From positions 72,445 to 136,444 of IMG/VR virus record IMGVR_UViG_3300032007_000018: DNA of 64,000 nucleotides, one strand, 5' to 3'. This document shows, piece after piece, positions 53,303-63,290 of the stretch. The translations under genes and the position numbers were made by a program. The first letter of the stretch is position 1; the number at the start of each line of letters is the position of its first letter. Below the pieces are notes generated by a model. The model made no database searches, was not told the DNA's origin, and saw nothing but the letters and a program-made list of their open reading frames with translations. This DNA comes from a virus.

Positions 53303-53740
53303 ATGCCTGATAATATCAAAACCGAAAACCAGATTATGATGGAACTCAATCAAAAGATCGTGCGCGAGGTCGAAGAGTTTATCTCCTACTTTGATGGTAC
53401 ACAGGATAATTTCCTTCACGGAAATTGTTTCTGGTTCGCGGTGATTCTTAAAGAGCGTTTCAATCCATGGTACGTCTGTAATATTATGTATAACCCCGTC
53501 GATAATCATTTCGCCGCTTATATTCATGGTATGCTCTTTGATGCAGGTGGCCTGCGGCCGGAGCAATGCCCGTTTGACGGTTGGAGGCTGTGGGAGAAAT
53601 TCGAAAAAGAGGAATATATCGAAGCAAGACGTATCTATCGTGATTGCGTCTACCATATGACTCCGGAACAGTGGGAGAATCTGTCCTTCAGTCAGCGGAA
53701 TGGCGCAGTTCATCACGCATCCTATATCTCATCTCACTAA
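53303..53740 (+). CDS. Hypothetical protein
   Basis: C-terminal part of track ORF 53207..53740. SD AAAAAGGAAAT. Confidence 0.55.
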   Translation: MPDNIKTENQIMMELNQKIVREVEEFISYFDGTQDNFLHGNCFWFAVILKERFNPWYVCNIMYNPVDNHFAAYIHGMLFDAGGLRPEQCPFDGWRLWEKFEKEEYIEARRIYRDCVYHMTPEQWENLSFSQRNGAVHHASYISSH

Positions 53741-53792
53741 AATAATTATATCATAATAATTCACATAAGTCAATCCAGGAGGGAGAATCTAT

Positions 53793-54083
53793 ATGATCGT
53801 TTGTGCGGCACTTAAAATTCGCGATGGTATATATGAATATACTGTTTGCGGCTTGCGGCATAGTGACTGCTATGCCACACTATTTGATTTAAATAAAGAA
53901 CTTTCTAAGAAAGCCAGAGCGAGTTCTGCTGTCATTGAAGGTTTCTTAACTACCGATAATGAGTTCCTTGACCGCTATGAGGCATATGAACACGCCAAAG
54001 CTTGCGGCCAGATACCTGCGCAATTACGATATGATAAAGGAGTAAAGCATGAAACAGTCCTGTATTCCGAAGATCTCTACTAA
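53793..54083 (+). CDS. Hypothetical protein
   Basis: Track ORF. Confidence 0.55.
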   Translation: MIVCAALKIRDGIYEYTVCGLRHSDCYATLFDLNKELSKKARASSAVIEGFLTTDNEFLDRYEAYEHAKACGQIPAQLRYDKGVKHETVLYSEDLY

Positions 54084-54315
54084 AATGACACTTCGAGACA
54101 TACTTGAAGGTCATCCTCCTGTAAAATATTGTCAGGAGAGAACCAACTTCGCAGACGAACCTGATGGTATTTTTACCGGTTCTTGCGAATGGACTGGGAC
54201 AGAGCTTCTTCCTTTAGACGGAGATTGCTATTCTCTTGATGTAGAAATTTACCGATATGAATGGGAAGAAGATGGCTCTTTGACGTATTGGGTTTGGTCT
54301 AACTGGATCACCTGA
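54049..54315 (+). CDS. Hypothetical protein
   Basis: Track ORF, SD AAGGAG. Confidence 0.5.
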   Translation: MKQSCIPKISTKMTLRDILEGHPPVKYCQERTNFADEPDGIFTGSCEWTGTELLPLDGDCYSLDVEIYRYEWEEDGSLTYWVWSNWIT

Positions 54316-54407
54316 TAATCATATCCAAAAAATTTTTCTTCTTTTGATTTTTATAAAAAAATAATATATAATATATATAGAAAATGAATGAAAGGGGGTT
54401 TTCAGAA

Positions 54408-54671
54408 ATGTTCCGTGATATCGACAGATGGAGAAAGTACTTTGCCGAGGCCGTTCGCATCGCGCAGGAGCAGGATTACCTGTCCGATATGGACTATTTC
54501 GATATGGGGCTTGAAGACGCAGTAAGAAATGCCCCCAATGAAGACTGCGAAAACGCTATCTATGAAGCGTTTGAGAACGAAAAGCGCGACATGTTCCGCC
54601 AGGTCTTCGGTGAAGACTGGTACAATCAGTTCCCGTTTAAATCTCCGTATGAGGAGGATGAAGATGGTTGA
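54408..54671 (+). CDS. Acidic hypothetical protein
   Basis: Class B promoter TTGATT 54345. SD AAAGGGGG, then the ATG at 54408. Track ORF 54384..54671. Confidence 0.5.
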   Translation: MFRDIDRWRKYFAEAVRIAQEQDYLSDMDYFDMGLEDAVRNAPNEDCENAIYEAFENEKRDMFRQVFGEDWYNQFPFKSPYEEDEDG

Positions 54672-54936
54672 GTTTATCAAAGTAACAGCAAAAACTCCCT
54701 ACGGAGATACAAACGACTATCTCTTTATGGGCGATTTAGATGATTATGACGATCAAGTGCGCTTCACTAAATTCATGCTCGACTGCTGCGATGACTGCGC
54801 CGACCGCTTCTCTGCGCCAGATGAGTGGGACCCTAAAGATTGGCGCGACCAGACTAGCGCAATGTGGGAGCCGATGGAGACAAAACGAGATAGTTTTGGA
54901 GATTGGCCTGGTGTATTTACGAAAGGAGTGTTCTAA
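54668..54936 (+). CDS. Acidic hypothetical protein
   Basis: ATGG overlap with the upstream gene. C-terminal part of track ORF 54529..54936 (MVEFIKVTAKTPYGD...). Confidence 0.45.
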
Positions 54937-55650
54937 ATGGTAGCAAAATCCTATCAGAGCCTTGAGGTGGTAGGCGATGTTTACATCTCTAAAGGCCGTC
55001 AGTATGTGCAGGTTCGCACCAAGAATGGCGCCCTGAAGCCTGTCCGTTGGTATACGGATAAGGAGTACGCCAAGATGTACCCCGACGATGTAAAACCGAA
55101 TACTATGCAGCTGAAGACTCAGAAGGAAATCCTCGGCTTTGAGAAGGGTTATATTACCATTTTCAAGGGCAACACCTACGAAGACAAGGATTATTTCAAG
55201 TATAATTCGGCTCGCTATGCTCGTCCCTGGGGTTGGTATTTCATCTCTACCGAAGAGCTTCCCGATGATATTCCGGACGATGTTGAGCCTGTGCGCCTGC
55301 CCTGGGAACTTGTCGGCAATGAAGATGGAACTCTGAAGCCGGAGAATGTGGTTGCGGCCGCCGTTGAAACGCTTATCTACGACGAGGACGAAAGCGAATG
55401 GCAGGGTGAAATTGGCGATAAACTCGAACTTATCGTGACGATTGAAAATGCTATTCTGCTCGATGGATACTATGGTCCGAGTACCATGCATATCATGCGG
55501 GACTATGATGGCAACTGCTATGTCTGGACAACTGCGGCCAGGTCCTGGAGTGCCGGCACCGAGCATCACATCATAGGAACCATTAAGGAACTCAAGCAGT
55601 ATAAGGGTACTAAGCAGACCGTGCTGACCAGATGCAGGGAGGTTGACTAA
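54937..55650 (+). CDS. Hypothetical protein (237 aa)
   Basis: Track ORF. Confidence 0.65.
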   Translation: MVAKSYQSLEVVGDVYISKGRQYVQVRTKNGALKPVRWYTDKEYAKMYPDDVKPNTMQLKTQKEILGFEKGYITIFKGNTYEDKDYFKYNSARYARPWGWYFISTEELPDDIPDDVEPVRLPWELVGNEDGTLKPENVVAAAVETLIYDEDESEWQGEIGDKLELIVTIENAILLDGYYGPSTMHIMRDYDGNCYVWTTAARSWSAGTEHHIIGTIKELKQYKGTKQTVLTRCREVD

Positions 55651-55929
55651 ATGGCAGCTTTTGCTTTTACGCTCGCATCCATCAAGTTCTTCGCCGTATA
55701 TTTCATCATCATCGGCGTTCTCATCTATCTATGGTGGGATCTCTGGCATTCTAATATAAAAAATGCAAAGTATTCTGGCAAAAAGACCGAGACATTTTTC
55801 ATGTATTGCCTCGGCCCTGTAAATAAAGCCAGAATGTTCTGCAACTGGTTTGTGGTAATCGTCTTTCTGTTCAATATCTTTCGACTGATTTGCACAATTA
55901 TTTTCGGGTTTGCCCCGCCTGTGGCATGA
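55651..55929 (+). CDS. Small membrane protein
   Basis: Track ORF with two or three hydrophobic helices. A terminator hairpin follows at 55932-55975. Confidence 0.6.
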   Translation: MAAFAFTLASIKFFAVYFIIIGVLIYLWWDLWHSNIKNAKYSGKKTETFFMYCLGPVNKARMFCNWFVVIVFLFNIFRLICTIIFGFAPPVA

Positions 55930-56039
55930 AGAAATGCCTTTTGGAGCATAAATCCAAAAGGCATTTCTTCATATAGTATTGCTTTTTATTAAAAAATAAT
56001 GTATAATATATATAGAAAATAAAAAGGAGTATTCTCTAT

Positions 56040-57254
56040 ATGAAAGATTTGAAGAAAATTGTAGATAGAGTTCAGCTCCTCGACGATTTTGCTGGTGCTG
56101 TTGCAGATAAGCTCTATAGAAAAATGCCGTATCCCGACTGGCGCAATCTTGCGCATCGCTCGGACAAGTACATTGGCATTGTTTATATGATCGACACTCA
56201 TTCGTTCAAGGTATATACCTTGAATCTTACGGGTGGCATCAACGAAGTCCTTGGGGAGTTCAAAGATACCGACAATAGTTTCGGTTGTTACCTACATGTA
56301 AAATGGGATAGAATTACTCCTGTACAAGGAGGCTTTTTAGGTACTTTGAGTAGCAACTATTACTGCGATACCCCAACCGCATCCAATGCCACCGTTCTGA
56401 ATGGTGCATCGTATGCTGGAAATACTGCTGGAAATACTGTAAGTTCAACCACTTACCCCCTTGACTATAGTACATATAGTGGCAGTATTTCCCTTTGCGA
56501 CACACTTATCAATGAAGAAAAATGTCGTAAATTTATTCGAGAAGAAATTGAAAAAGATAAAAATAAAAATGAGGAGACAAGTAAAATGAATACCAATGAT
56601 CTGTTCCACTTCGAGTTCGGCCCCGTATCCAGCAACATTTTCCGCATGAGTCCTTATGGTCTGGCTGTTCGCACTGAGAAGAATGGCTGGATCGCCTACA
56701 ACGCCAAGACTGGCGACCTGATGGATGTTGAGGTTCTCAACTTCGACATTTCCAAGATGATCTACAAGATGCCTGTTGCGCTTTCCGCGATTGCGCCCGG
56801 CGATATCCTGATGCACGGCGGCAAGCCTGTGTTCGTACGCGATATCGGCACTGGTACTATGGCAGGCCCGACTGTGAATGTCATTGACTACGCGACTGCG
56901 TCTGTTATGGACATTCTGCCTGTGAAGAGCCCCTTCGGCTTCAACTTCTTCACCAAGGTTTGCCCGCTGATCGATATGAGCGGTATGACCGCTAATCCCG
57001 ACAATCCTTTCGGCAATATGCTTCCGTTCCTGATGCTCAACGGTGAGAATAACGATTTCGATCCGACTCTGCTCTTCCTGGCTGGTGGCATGAACAACAT
57101 GGATTTCTCTAAGAATCCCATGATGCTCTACTTCCTGATGAACAGAAAGGATAAGGGTGATCTGCTCCCTTTCATGCTGATGATGAATGGCGGAATCCCT
57201 GGCTTGACGAAGGCCACATCTGGTACACAGCCCGCAGTCACGGTGCTCAAGTAA
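56040..57254 (+). CDS. Hypothetical protein with a Met/Leu/Asn/Gly-rich repetitive C-terminus
   Basis: Track ORF. Class B promoter 55978-56007. SD AAAAAGGAG. Confidence 0.6.
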   Translation: MKDLKKIVDRVQLLDDFAGAVADKLYRKMPYPDWRNLAHRSDKYIGIVYMIDTHSFKVYTLNLTGGINEVLGEFKDTDNSFGCYLHVKWDRITPVQGGFLGTLSSNYYCDTPTASNATVLNGASYAGNTAGNTVSSTTYPLDYSTYSGSISLCDTLINEEKCRKFIREEIEKDKNKNEETSKMNTNDLFHFEFGPVSSNIFRMSPYGLAVRTEKNGWIAYNAKTGDLMDVEVLNFDISKMIYKMPVALSAIAPGDILMHGGKPVFVRDIGTGTMAGPTVNVIDYATASVMDILPVKSPFGFNFFTKVCPLIDMSGMTANPDNPFGNMLPFLMLNGENNDFDPTLLFLAGGMNNMDFSKNPMMLYFLMNRKDKGDLLPFMLMMNGGIPGLTKATSGTQPAVTVLK

Positions 57255-57356
57255 AGTGCGCCGGTTATGACTGTAAGAATTGCAGTATATGGACCACTTG
57301 TGATAAGTGGCGTTTCTAAATAAACACCTTACAAAGGGAGAACAAAAGTTCTCCCT

Positions 57357-57386
57357 TTGATTTTTATAAAAAATTATAATATAATA
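57357..57386 (+). promoter_or_regulatory. Class B promoter preceded by a terminator hairpin (57340-57360)
   Basis: TTGATTTTTATAAAAAATTATAATATAATATATATAGAAAAT. Confidence 0.5.
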
Positions 57387-57419
57387 TATATAGAAAATGA
57401 AGAAAGGGGGCAACTTGAG

Positions 57420-57959
57420 ATGGAACTTATTAACCGTGTCAATAAGGCTATCGAGGACTTCCTCGCTCCAATCGGTGGAGAAGTAAGAATCTCTTGTGAC
57501 CTCGATTTCGCTTATTTTGAGAGTGGATTTGAAGATGAGGCAGATGAAATCACGTGGTCTTTCCTTACCACTGAGCGTGCTGATCGTAATTTTAGCCGGT
57601 TCTTTGAAGAAGAGTTGAATTGCCATATGAATTTGTTTATCTACAGTATTTTCCATGAATACGGCCACAAAGTTACAAGAACCTGTTTTGACACAAAAGC
57701 ATATAATTATTACCATAAAACCGTCGAAGATCTCGATGTAATCGAAGATGCAGATGAGCGCGACAATATTTATTTTCATCTACCCCTTGAAATGGCTGCT
57801 TCTAAATGGGCTGCTGATTATATCAATAATCATTTCCAAAGTATCGTTGATTGGTGGAATAATGTTTTAAGCCCTTTGATGAATGAATTTCTGTCCAACA
57901 GCGAAGCGGTTCGTGAGATAACCGACATTTTAGAATCAGACGAAGAAGCTTTCTTATGA
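57420..57959 (+). CDS. Small HExxH (putative Zn-metallopeptidase-like) protein
   Basis: IFHEYGHKV motif. SD AAAGGGGGC. Start chosen as the ATG 63 nt into track ORF 57357..57959. Confidence 0.45.
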   Translation: MELINRVNKAIEDFLAPIGGEVRISCDLDFAYFESGFEDEADEITWSFLTTERADRNFSRFFEEELNCHMNLFIYSIFHEYGHKVTRTCFDTKAYNYYHKTVEDLDVIEDADERDNIYFHLPLEMAASKWAADYINNHFQSIVDWWNNVLSPLMNEFLSNSEAVREITDILESDEEAFL

Positions 57960-58038
57960 GAGAAAAAGAGCTTTCTTTGATTTTTATAAAAAATTATTGT
58001 ATAATGTATATGTAAGATGAAAAAAGGAGATATTGCTG

Positions 58039-59736
58039 ATGCTGATTGATAAAATTACTCCCGACGAAAGAGAAATCATTGATATTCTGCGAAATAGTGT
58101 GGAGGAAGAAGGAAGTGATTTCTTCACTGGTCAATTCGCTGATCTTCCTACCTTTCTGCGTTTTTGGGAGAATGCTAAGGCTCCTATCGCCAAAGCTTTC
58201 GGTGGCGAGTTAATTTTGAAGAAAAAAATCAAGTCTGTCGTCGAGGACGATGAGCTGTATGATAACATGCGGCGAATTTTCTGGAGCTCTGACTACGAAT
58301 ACATTAGAAATAAACTTTTTGAAATTTTGGAAGAGACCAACGGAAAAGACTGGCACTGTAGTGTATTTCGCAAGAGCGATGGCGGCCGTGGATATAGTAT
58401 GGACTTTTCCATTCGCCAATGGCTTCTCAGTGCTGATAATTGGGTTTCCAATCGTTATGATGGACCTACATTTGAAATCAAACTGCCCAATAATCAGGTT
58501 TACAAACTCATTGAGGGCTGTAAAGTTATGAAAGCTCTTGGTCGCATCATTAAGGGTTGTAATAACGCTGAAATGTCTTCTCGTTTCGAGAATCTGCGCC
58601 TGCGTCAGTCCCAGATTATGAATGAGGCTAATATCCAGGCAACGCTGTGCATCAGTATCCACCCTCTCGACTATATGACCGCCAGCTATAACGCGAACGA
58701 CTGGAGCTCTTGTATGAACTGGGAAGATGGCGAATTCCGTCGTGGCGTCATTGAAATGATGAACTCTCCGATGGTTGTTGTGGGCTATATCAAGTCTGAT
58801 TCCAATAAGCTGAGCTGGGATAGCGACGACTATGGCACTATCACCTGGAACTCCAAAAGATGGAGAGAGTTCTTTATCGTCAATGAAAACATGATTGCTG
58901 GTATCAAGGGTTATCCCTATTGGAACCGCACCTTGGAAGACGAGGTTATCATGTGGCTCCGCGAGCTCTTTGTAAAGAGCACTGGTCGAAAGTATCTGGA
59001 TAAGATTGTCAACTGGCATTATCCTGATACCTGGGGCAGTCGTCCAACCTATAAGGATGATCATGTTGATGTCAAGCTCGGTTTTGAATGCGGTCCCGCT
59101 ATGTATAATGACTTCTACGGAGGAAATGATTATCATTTCATCTTCGTTGATGGTCTTGAAGGCGAAATTTATACCAGTTATTCCGGCGAGAGCGAATGCG
59201 TGTGCTGCGGCGATGCTTATAGCGATTTTGATGGTGAAAGTGCTTTAGTCTGTAACAACTGCATTACTGTCTATTCTTGCTGTAAATGCGGCGATACTAT
59301 TACCAGCGAACACGATCTCATTGAATGTAATGGTAATTATTACTGTCGTTATTGCTTCGAGCAGTTAGATAATTGTGATAATTGCGGCGAAGTGATGGAC
59401 GTGGATAATGACGATTGGAGTTATGCCTTTGTTGTTGGACGTGACGGTGAGACTGAAACCGATGTTTTGCGTGAAGCAGTAACTGAAGATAGTGTCTTTG
59501 GTCGTTATGATATGACTTCGGTTATCGTTATTAAAGTCTGCGAAAATTGCGCTCCCTCCATTTTCAAAGATTGGGAAAACTTTCAACACAAGCGCTTAAA
59601 TGATTTTAATGATTGGTATCATTACTATCCAATTGTGCCGATTGACGATCTTACTGAAGCAGGTCTGGCTCTTATAGACCCCGAGGATCTTGAATACTTC
59701 AAGTCGGGCAAAAGCTACCGAGAAAATAGCGCATAA
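58039..59736 (+). CDS. Large hypothetical protein (about 565 aa) with a Cys-rich C-terminal region. Paralog of 63291.
   Basis: Track ORF. HPLDY...W.SC...WNSKRWR block is shared with 63291. Multiple CxxC pairs. Confidence 0.65.
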   Translation: MLIDKITPDEREIIDILRNSVEEEGSDFFTGQFADLPTFLRFWENAKAPIAKAFGGELILKKKIKSVVEDDELYDNMRRIFWSSDYEYIRNKLFEILEETNGKDWHCSVFRKSDGGRGYSMDFSIRQWLLSADNWVSNRYDGPTFEIKLPNNQVYKLIEGCKVMKALGRIIKGCNNAEMSSRFENLRLRQSQIMNEANIQATLCISIHPLDYMTASYNANDWSSCMNWEDGEFRRGVIEMMNSPMVVVGYIKSDSNKLSWDSDDYGTITWNSKRWREFFIVNENMIAGIKGYPYWNRTLEDEVIMWLRELFVKSTGRKYLDKIVNWHYPDTWGSRPTYKDDHVDVKLGFECGPAMYNDFYGGNDYHFIFVDGLEGEIYTSYSGESECVCCGDAYSDFDGESALVCNNCITVYSCCKCGDTITSEHDLIECNGNYYCRYCFEQLDNCDNCGEVMDVDNDDWSYAFVVGRDGETETDVLREAVTEDSVFGRYDMTSVIVIKVCENCAPSIFKDWENFQHKRLNDFNDWYHYYPIVPIDDLTEAGLALIDPEDLEYFKSGKSYRENSA

Positions 59737-59847
59737 AAACTTCCCATTGATTTTTTAAAAAAAATAATATATAATATATATGTAAGGTAAAGAAAGAAAC
59801 CCTTACAAAATCAAAAAATATTTTGGGTGGCGACCGACGCCAGAAAG

Positions 59848-60246
59848 GTGAATACCATGACCAATACTGATAAGCTGACCGACCGCAAGATTTACACCGC
59901 CATCGTTGAGGGTACCTTTGATGACCTCGACACCGATACCATCGTGGCTTGGGCTGAGAAGAAGATCGCCCAGCTCGACCATAAGGCTGAGAAGGCCAAG
60001 GAGACCGCCGCGAAGAAGAAGGCCGATGGCGACGCTCTTACCAATGCCGTTATTGCGGCTGTGGGCGAGGATTTTGAGTCTATCGCTGACATCGCGGCCC
60101 GCATCGAGGGCGAAGATGTAAGTCTGTCTAAAGTGGCCTACCGCCTCAACGCTGCCGCCAAGGCAGGGACTCTGGAAAAGGGTGAGCTCACTCTCGTTGG
60201 AGAGGGTAACAAAAAGCGCAAGGTCGTTGCGTACCGCAAAGCTTGA
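59848..60246 (+). CDS. Paralog family 1 protein (third copy)
   Basis: Leader hairpin UGGCGACCGACGCCA covaries with the one at 45612. ATGACC start context. Confidence 0.55.
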   Translation: MNTMTNTDKLTDRKIYTAIVEGTFDDLDTDTIVAWAEKKIAQLDHKAEKAKETAAKKKADGDALTNAVIAAVGEDFESIADIAARIEGEDVSLSKVAYRLNAAAKAGTLEKGELTLVGEGNKKRKVVAYRKA

Positions 60247-60323
60247 TTTTCCACAACCTGTCGGGCAAAAGTAAATAAATTACCTCCTCTAAAACGCAAT
60301 ATGTTTTAGAGGAGGTAATTTTT

Positions 60324-61150
60324 ATGATAGGAATTTATAAAATCACAAATAAAATTAACCAGATGGCCTATATTGGATAGTCTATTCGAATAGAGTAGAG
60401 ATGGCAGGAGCATATCGCCGGAAATAAAAATTCATATATTCATAATGCGATAAAAAGATATGGTGTTGCTAATTTTAGTTTTGAAATATTGGAAGAGTGT
60501 CCTAAAGAATTATTAGACGAAAGAGAAATTTATTGGATAAAATATTATAATACTTTTGAGAATGGATACAATCTAACAGTTGGTGGCAATTCTGGTTTTC
60601 ATTATAATATTGACGCTATTTTTGAGGATTATTAGAAAACTAACAGTCTAAGTGAAACCGCTAAACATTTCAATTGTCATTATAATACCGTAAAAAATAT
60701 ACTTAAAATCTTTGGTTGCGAGAATTTCGGAGAGTGGCAAGAAGAAAAGCCAGTAGAACAAATAGATCCTAAAACATTGACTGTTATTACTACATACCCG
60801 TCGTTGCGTGCGGCAGGAGAGGCATTTGGCTGTTCTTGGACTGCTATATAGGCTGCGGCCGCAGGTAAACACAAAAGTTCTTGTGGATTTTACTGGAGAT
60901 ATGTTGGAGATAACAATAAGATTTTTGAAAAAGTAAATAGCACACGCAGTTAGAAAACTCCAGTTATTTAGTTGGATTATAATACACTAGAAGAATTAAA
61001 CTATTTCGAATCTGCTACAGAGGCAGCAAGAGCTTTAGGAAAAACAGTTGGAAAGCCAGGCTCTTGTATTACTGCTGCGTGTAGAGGCTCTGCAAAATCA
61101 GCCTATGGATTTAAATGGAAATATGCAGATTCTTCATATTTTTAGGCGTA
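60324..61150 (+). CDS. GIY-YIG homing endonuclease with a NUMOD-like C-terminal repeat region, TAG-recoded
   Basis: MIGIYKITNKINQMAYIG[TAG]S...RW[TAG]EHIAGN...YGVANF...GYNLTVGG. Repeated G(C/K)SWTAI-like modules. SD GAGGAGG. The 3' end is uncertain: a terminator hairpin lies at 61164-61202. Confidence 0.7.
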
Positions 61151-61306
61151 ATCAACGCCACAATCAAGAGCCGAGGGAATTATCCCTCGGCTCTTTTTGT
61201 CTTTAACCTGCTCGCCGCGCCAGCGCACGTGCCTACCGTCCGCAGAAATAAAAGTTGCATTACCTATTTTTTTTTGTTATAATTATAATATAAGGGAGTG
61301 ATTATT

Positions 61307-62134
61307 TTGAAATTTATGGTTTCTTGTCGTCAGCCTTTAACTTTTTTAAAATAGGTTTAGGAAATTAGGGTTGATTATAAAGATATAGAGCGTCTCAAAG
61401 ATTTTATATCTGATGATTGGACTTGCGCCGCTGATATTGTAATATATATTCCAAAAGATTAGATTATTGATTGGAATACACTAAATTTGTATAAAGGCTT
61501 GCTTAATATTATAATTGCCGCTGAAGATTCTTCAGTTATCAAAGAAGCTCACGAAAATGGATATAAGGCATTTTGGTCTTATCCCGCTTCTACGTTCTGG
61601 GAGCTAAGAGGACTTTTAGATTTACAAGTGAATTAGGTTCTACTTGATGCGCCATTATATTTTAATTTAATGAAAGTAAAAAATATTTGCGGCGATGTTG
61701 AAATTAGATTAGTTGTAAATAAATGTATAAACAGCTATATGGTGCGTAAAAATGGAATTTGCGGGACATATGTACGACCAGAAGATGTAGAGGTATATGA
61801 AGAATATGTTTCGCATATGGAATTTGACACATCAGATTTACAAAATGAAAGGACACTGTATAAAGTTTATGCAGAATAGAAAAATTGGCCTGGAAATTTA
61901 AATCTTTTATTAACTTATCTAAATGAAAATGTTGATAATCGCGGTTTTGAATTATTGCCAGTAGAGGATGATGATAAACACTATTTTGCACATCGACGTC
62001 TTAACTGCGGCCAGCGCTGTCAGGAAGATCCAACCAGATGTAGTTACTGCGTAAAGGCCTTTAATTTAATCAATGCCATAGATAAAAATAGTAAAAGGAT
62101 TCTCGAACAGATAGAAAAAGTAGAAGCAAAGTAA
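61307..62134 (+). CDS. Hypothetical protein with 5 in-frame TAG codons
   Basis: A single frame is open from TTG/ATG (61307/61316) to TAA at 62132 only if TAG is sense. Track ORF 61670..61879 is an internal fragment. SD AAGGGAG. Confidence 0.5.
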
Positions 62135-62194
62135 TATATATAGTTGATTTTTATTAAAAAATATAATATAATATATATAGAAATAAGAAGAAAG

Positions 62195-63283
62195 GTGCAA
62201 AAGAATATTGTGACTAGATGGACTGATACGGATCAAGCATTATTCAATACAATCGCAAGAATGTCACAGACTGCTCTTATGCGGTCAATGAAGAATTTTT
62301 TGAATAAATATTACACTAAAAAGAATATTGATATAACCAAGGATTATATTCTTTGTGAAGGCGATATTCCTATTGTTTTAGTGGCCCACATGGATACAGT
62401 ATTTAAAACTCCGCCGGAGAAAATTTATTATGATTCAAAATATCATGTTATGTGGTCTCCTCAAGGGCTGGGCGCAGATGATAGAGCAGGAGTATATCTA
62501 ATTTGGAGAATAGTGCAGGCCGGTTATCGTCCTCATATTATTCTTACTACGGATGAAGAAAAAGGCGGATTAGGTGCAATCGCTCTCGTTCATCAAATTC
62601 CAGAAGTGCCATTTGATGTAAAGTATATAATTGAACTTGATCGTCAGGGCATGAATGACTGTGTATTTTATTCTTGTGCTAATGATGAGTTTGAGAAATA
62701 TATTGAAAATTTCGGATTTGTAACCGATTGGGGAACTTTTAGCGATATTAGCGATATATGCCCGGCATGGAAAATTGCTGGTGTAAATCTTTCTGTTGGG
62801 TATTTTGGAGAGCATAGAGAAACTGAAACTTTAAACACAAGTGCTATGATGAGTACTTATAATAAAGTAATTAATATGCTGAATTCAGCGAATGATGCTC
62901 CTCATTTCGAATATATTCCCGATATGCTTGAAAAGTATTATTTTTCTCTAGGTAGAAAATATATGACAGCATACGGATATCCTCTCGATGATGAAGATGA
63001 ATGGGAATATGAACGCAAACTCGGTGGTTATTTTCCAGCGGCTAATTCCATTGCTTCAGAAAAATGTCAATGTTCTAAATGTGGAAAAATTTATGACAAA
63101 GATGACGTTTTTCTTGTTAAGGCTAAAGACTTTGAGGGATCTTTATATTACTGCGTTGATTGCATTGACACCAACATCAACTGGTGCAAAAAATGCGGCG
63201 AACCCTTTGAGGTGGAACATGAAGATGATGAAATTTGTCCCGACTGCGCTGGAAAAAAGAGAGTAAAGACTGTTGTAATGTGA
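62195..63283 (+). CDS. M20-family metallopeptidase-like domain fused to C-terminal Zn-ribbons
   Basis: AHMDTVF and GLGADDRAGV (M20/ArgE-type metal-binding motifs). C-terminus CQCSKCG...CVDCID...CKKCG...CPDC. GTG start after class B promoter 62145. Confidence 0.5.
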   Translation: MQKNIVTRWTDTDQALFNTIARMSQTALMRSMKNFLNKYYTKKNIDITKDYILCEGDIPIVLVAHMDTVFKTPPEKIYYDSKYHVMWSPQGLGADDRAGVYLIWRIVQAGYRPHIILTTDEEKGGLGAIALVHQIPEVPFDVKYIIELDRQGMNDCVFYSCANDEFEKYIENFGFVTDWGTFSDISDICPAWKIAGVNLSVGYFGEHRETETLNTSAMMSTYNKVINMLNSANDAPHFEYIPDMLEKYYFSLGRKYMTAYGYPLDDEDEWEYERKLGGYFPAANSIASEKCQCSKCGKIYDKDDVFLVKAKDFEGSLYYCVDCIDTNINWCKKCGEPFEVEHEDDEICPDCAGKKRVKTVVM

Positions 63284-63290
63284 GGTTGTA

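Noticed and set aside
56040-57254. Possible fusion artefact of two genes (an AT-rich N-terminal half and a GC-rich, Met/Leu/Gly-repetitive C-terminal half)
   Set aside because: It is a single intact frame with one ribosome-binding site and no internal start context, so it is kept as one CDS. The composition shift is noted but unexplained.
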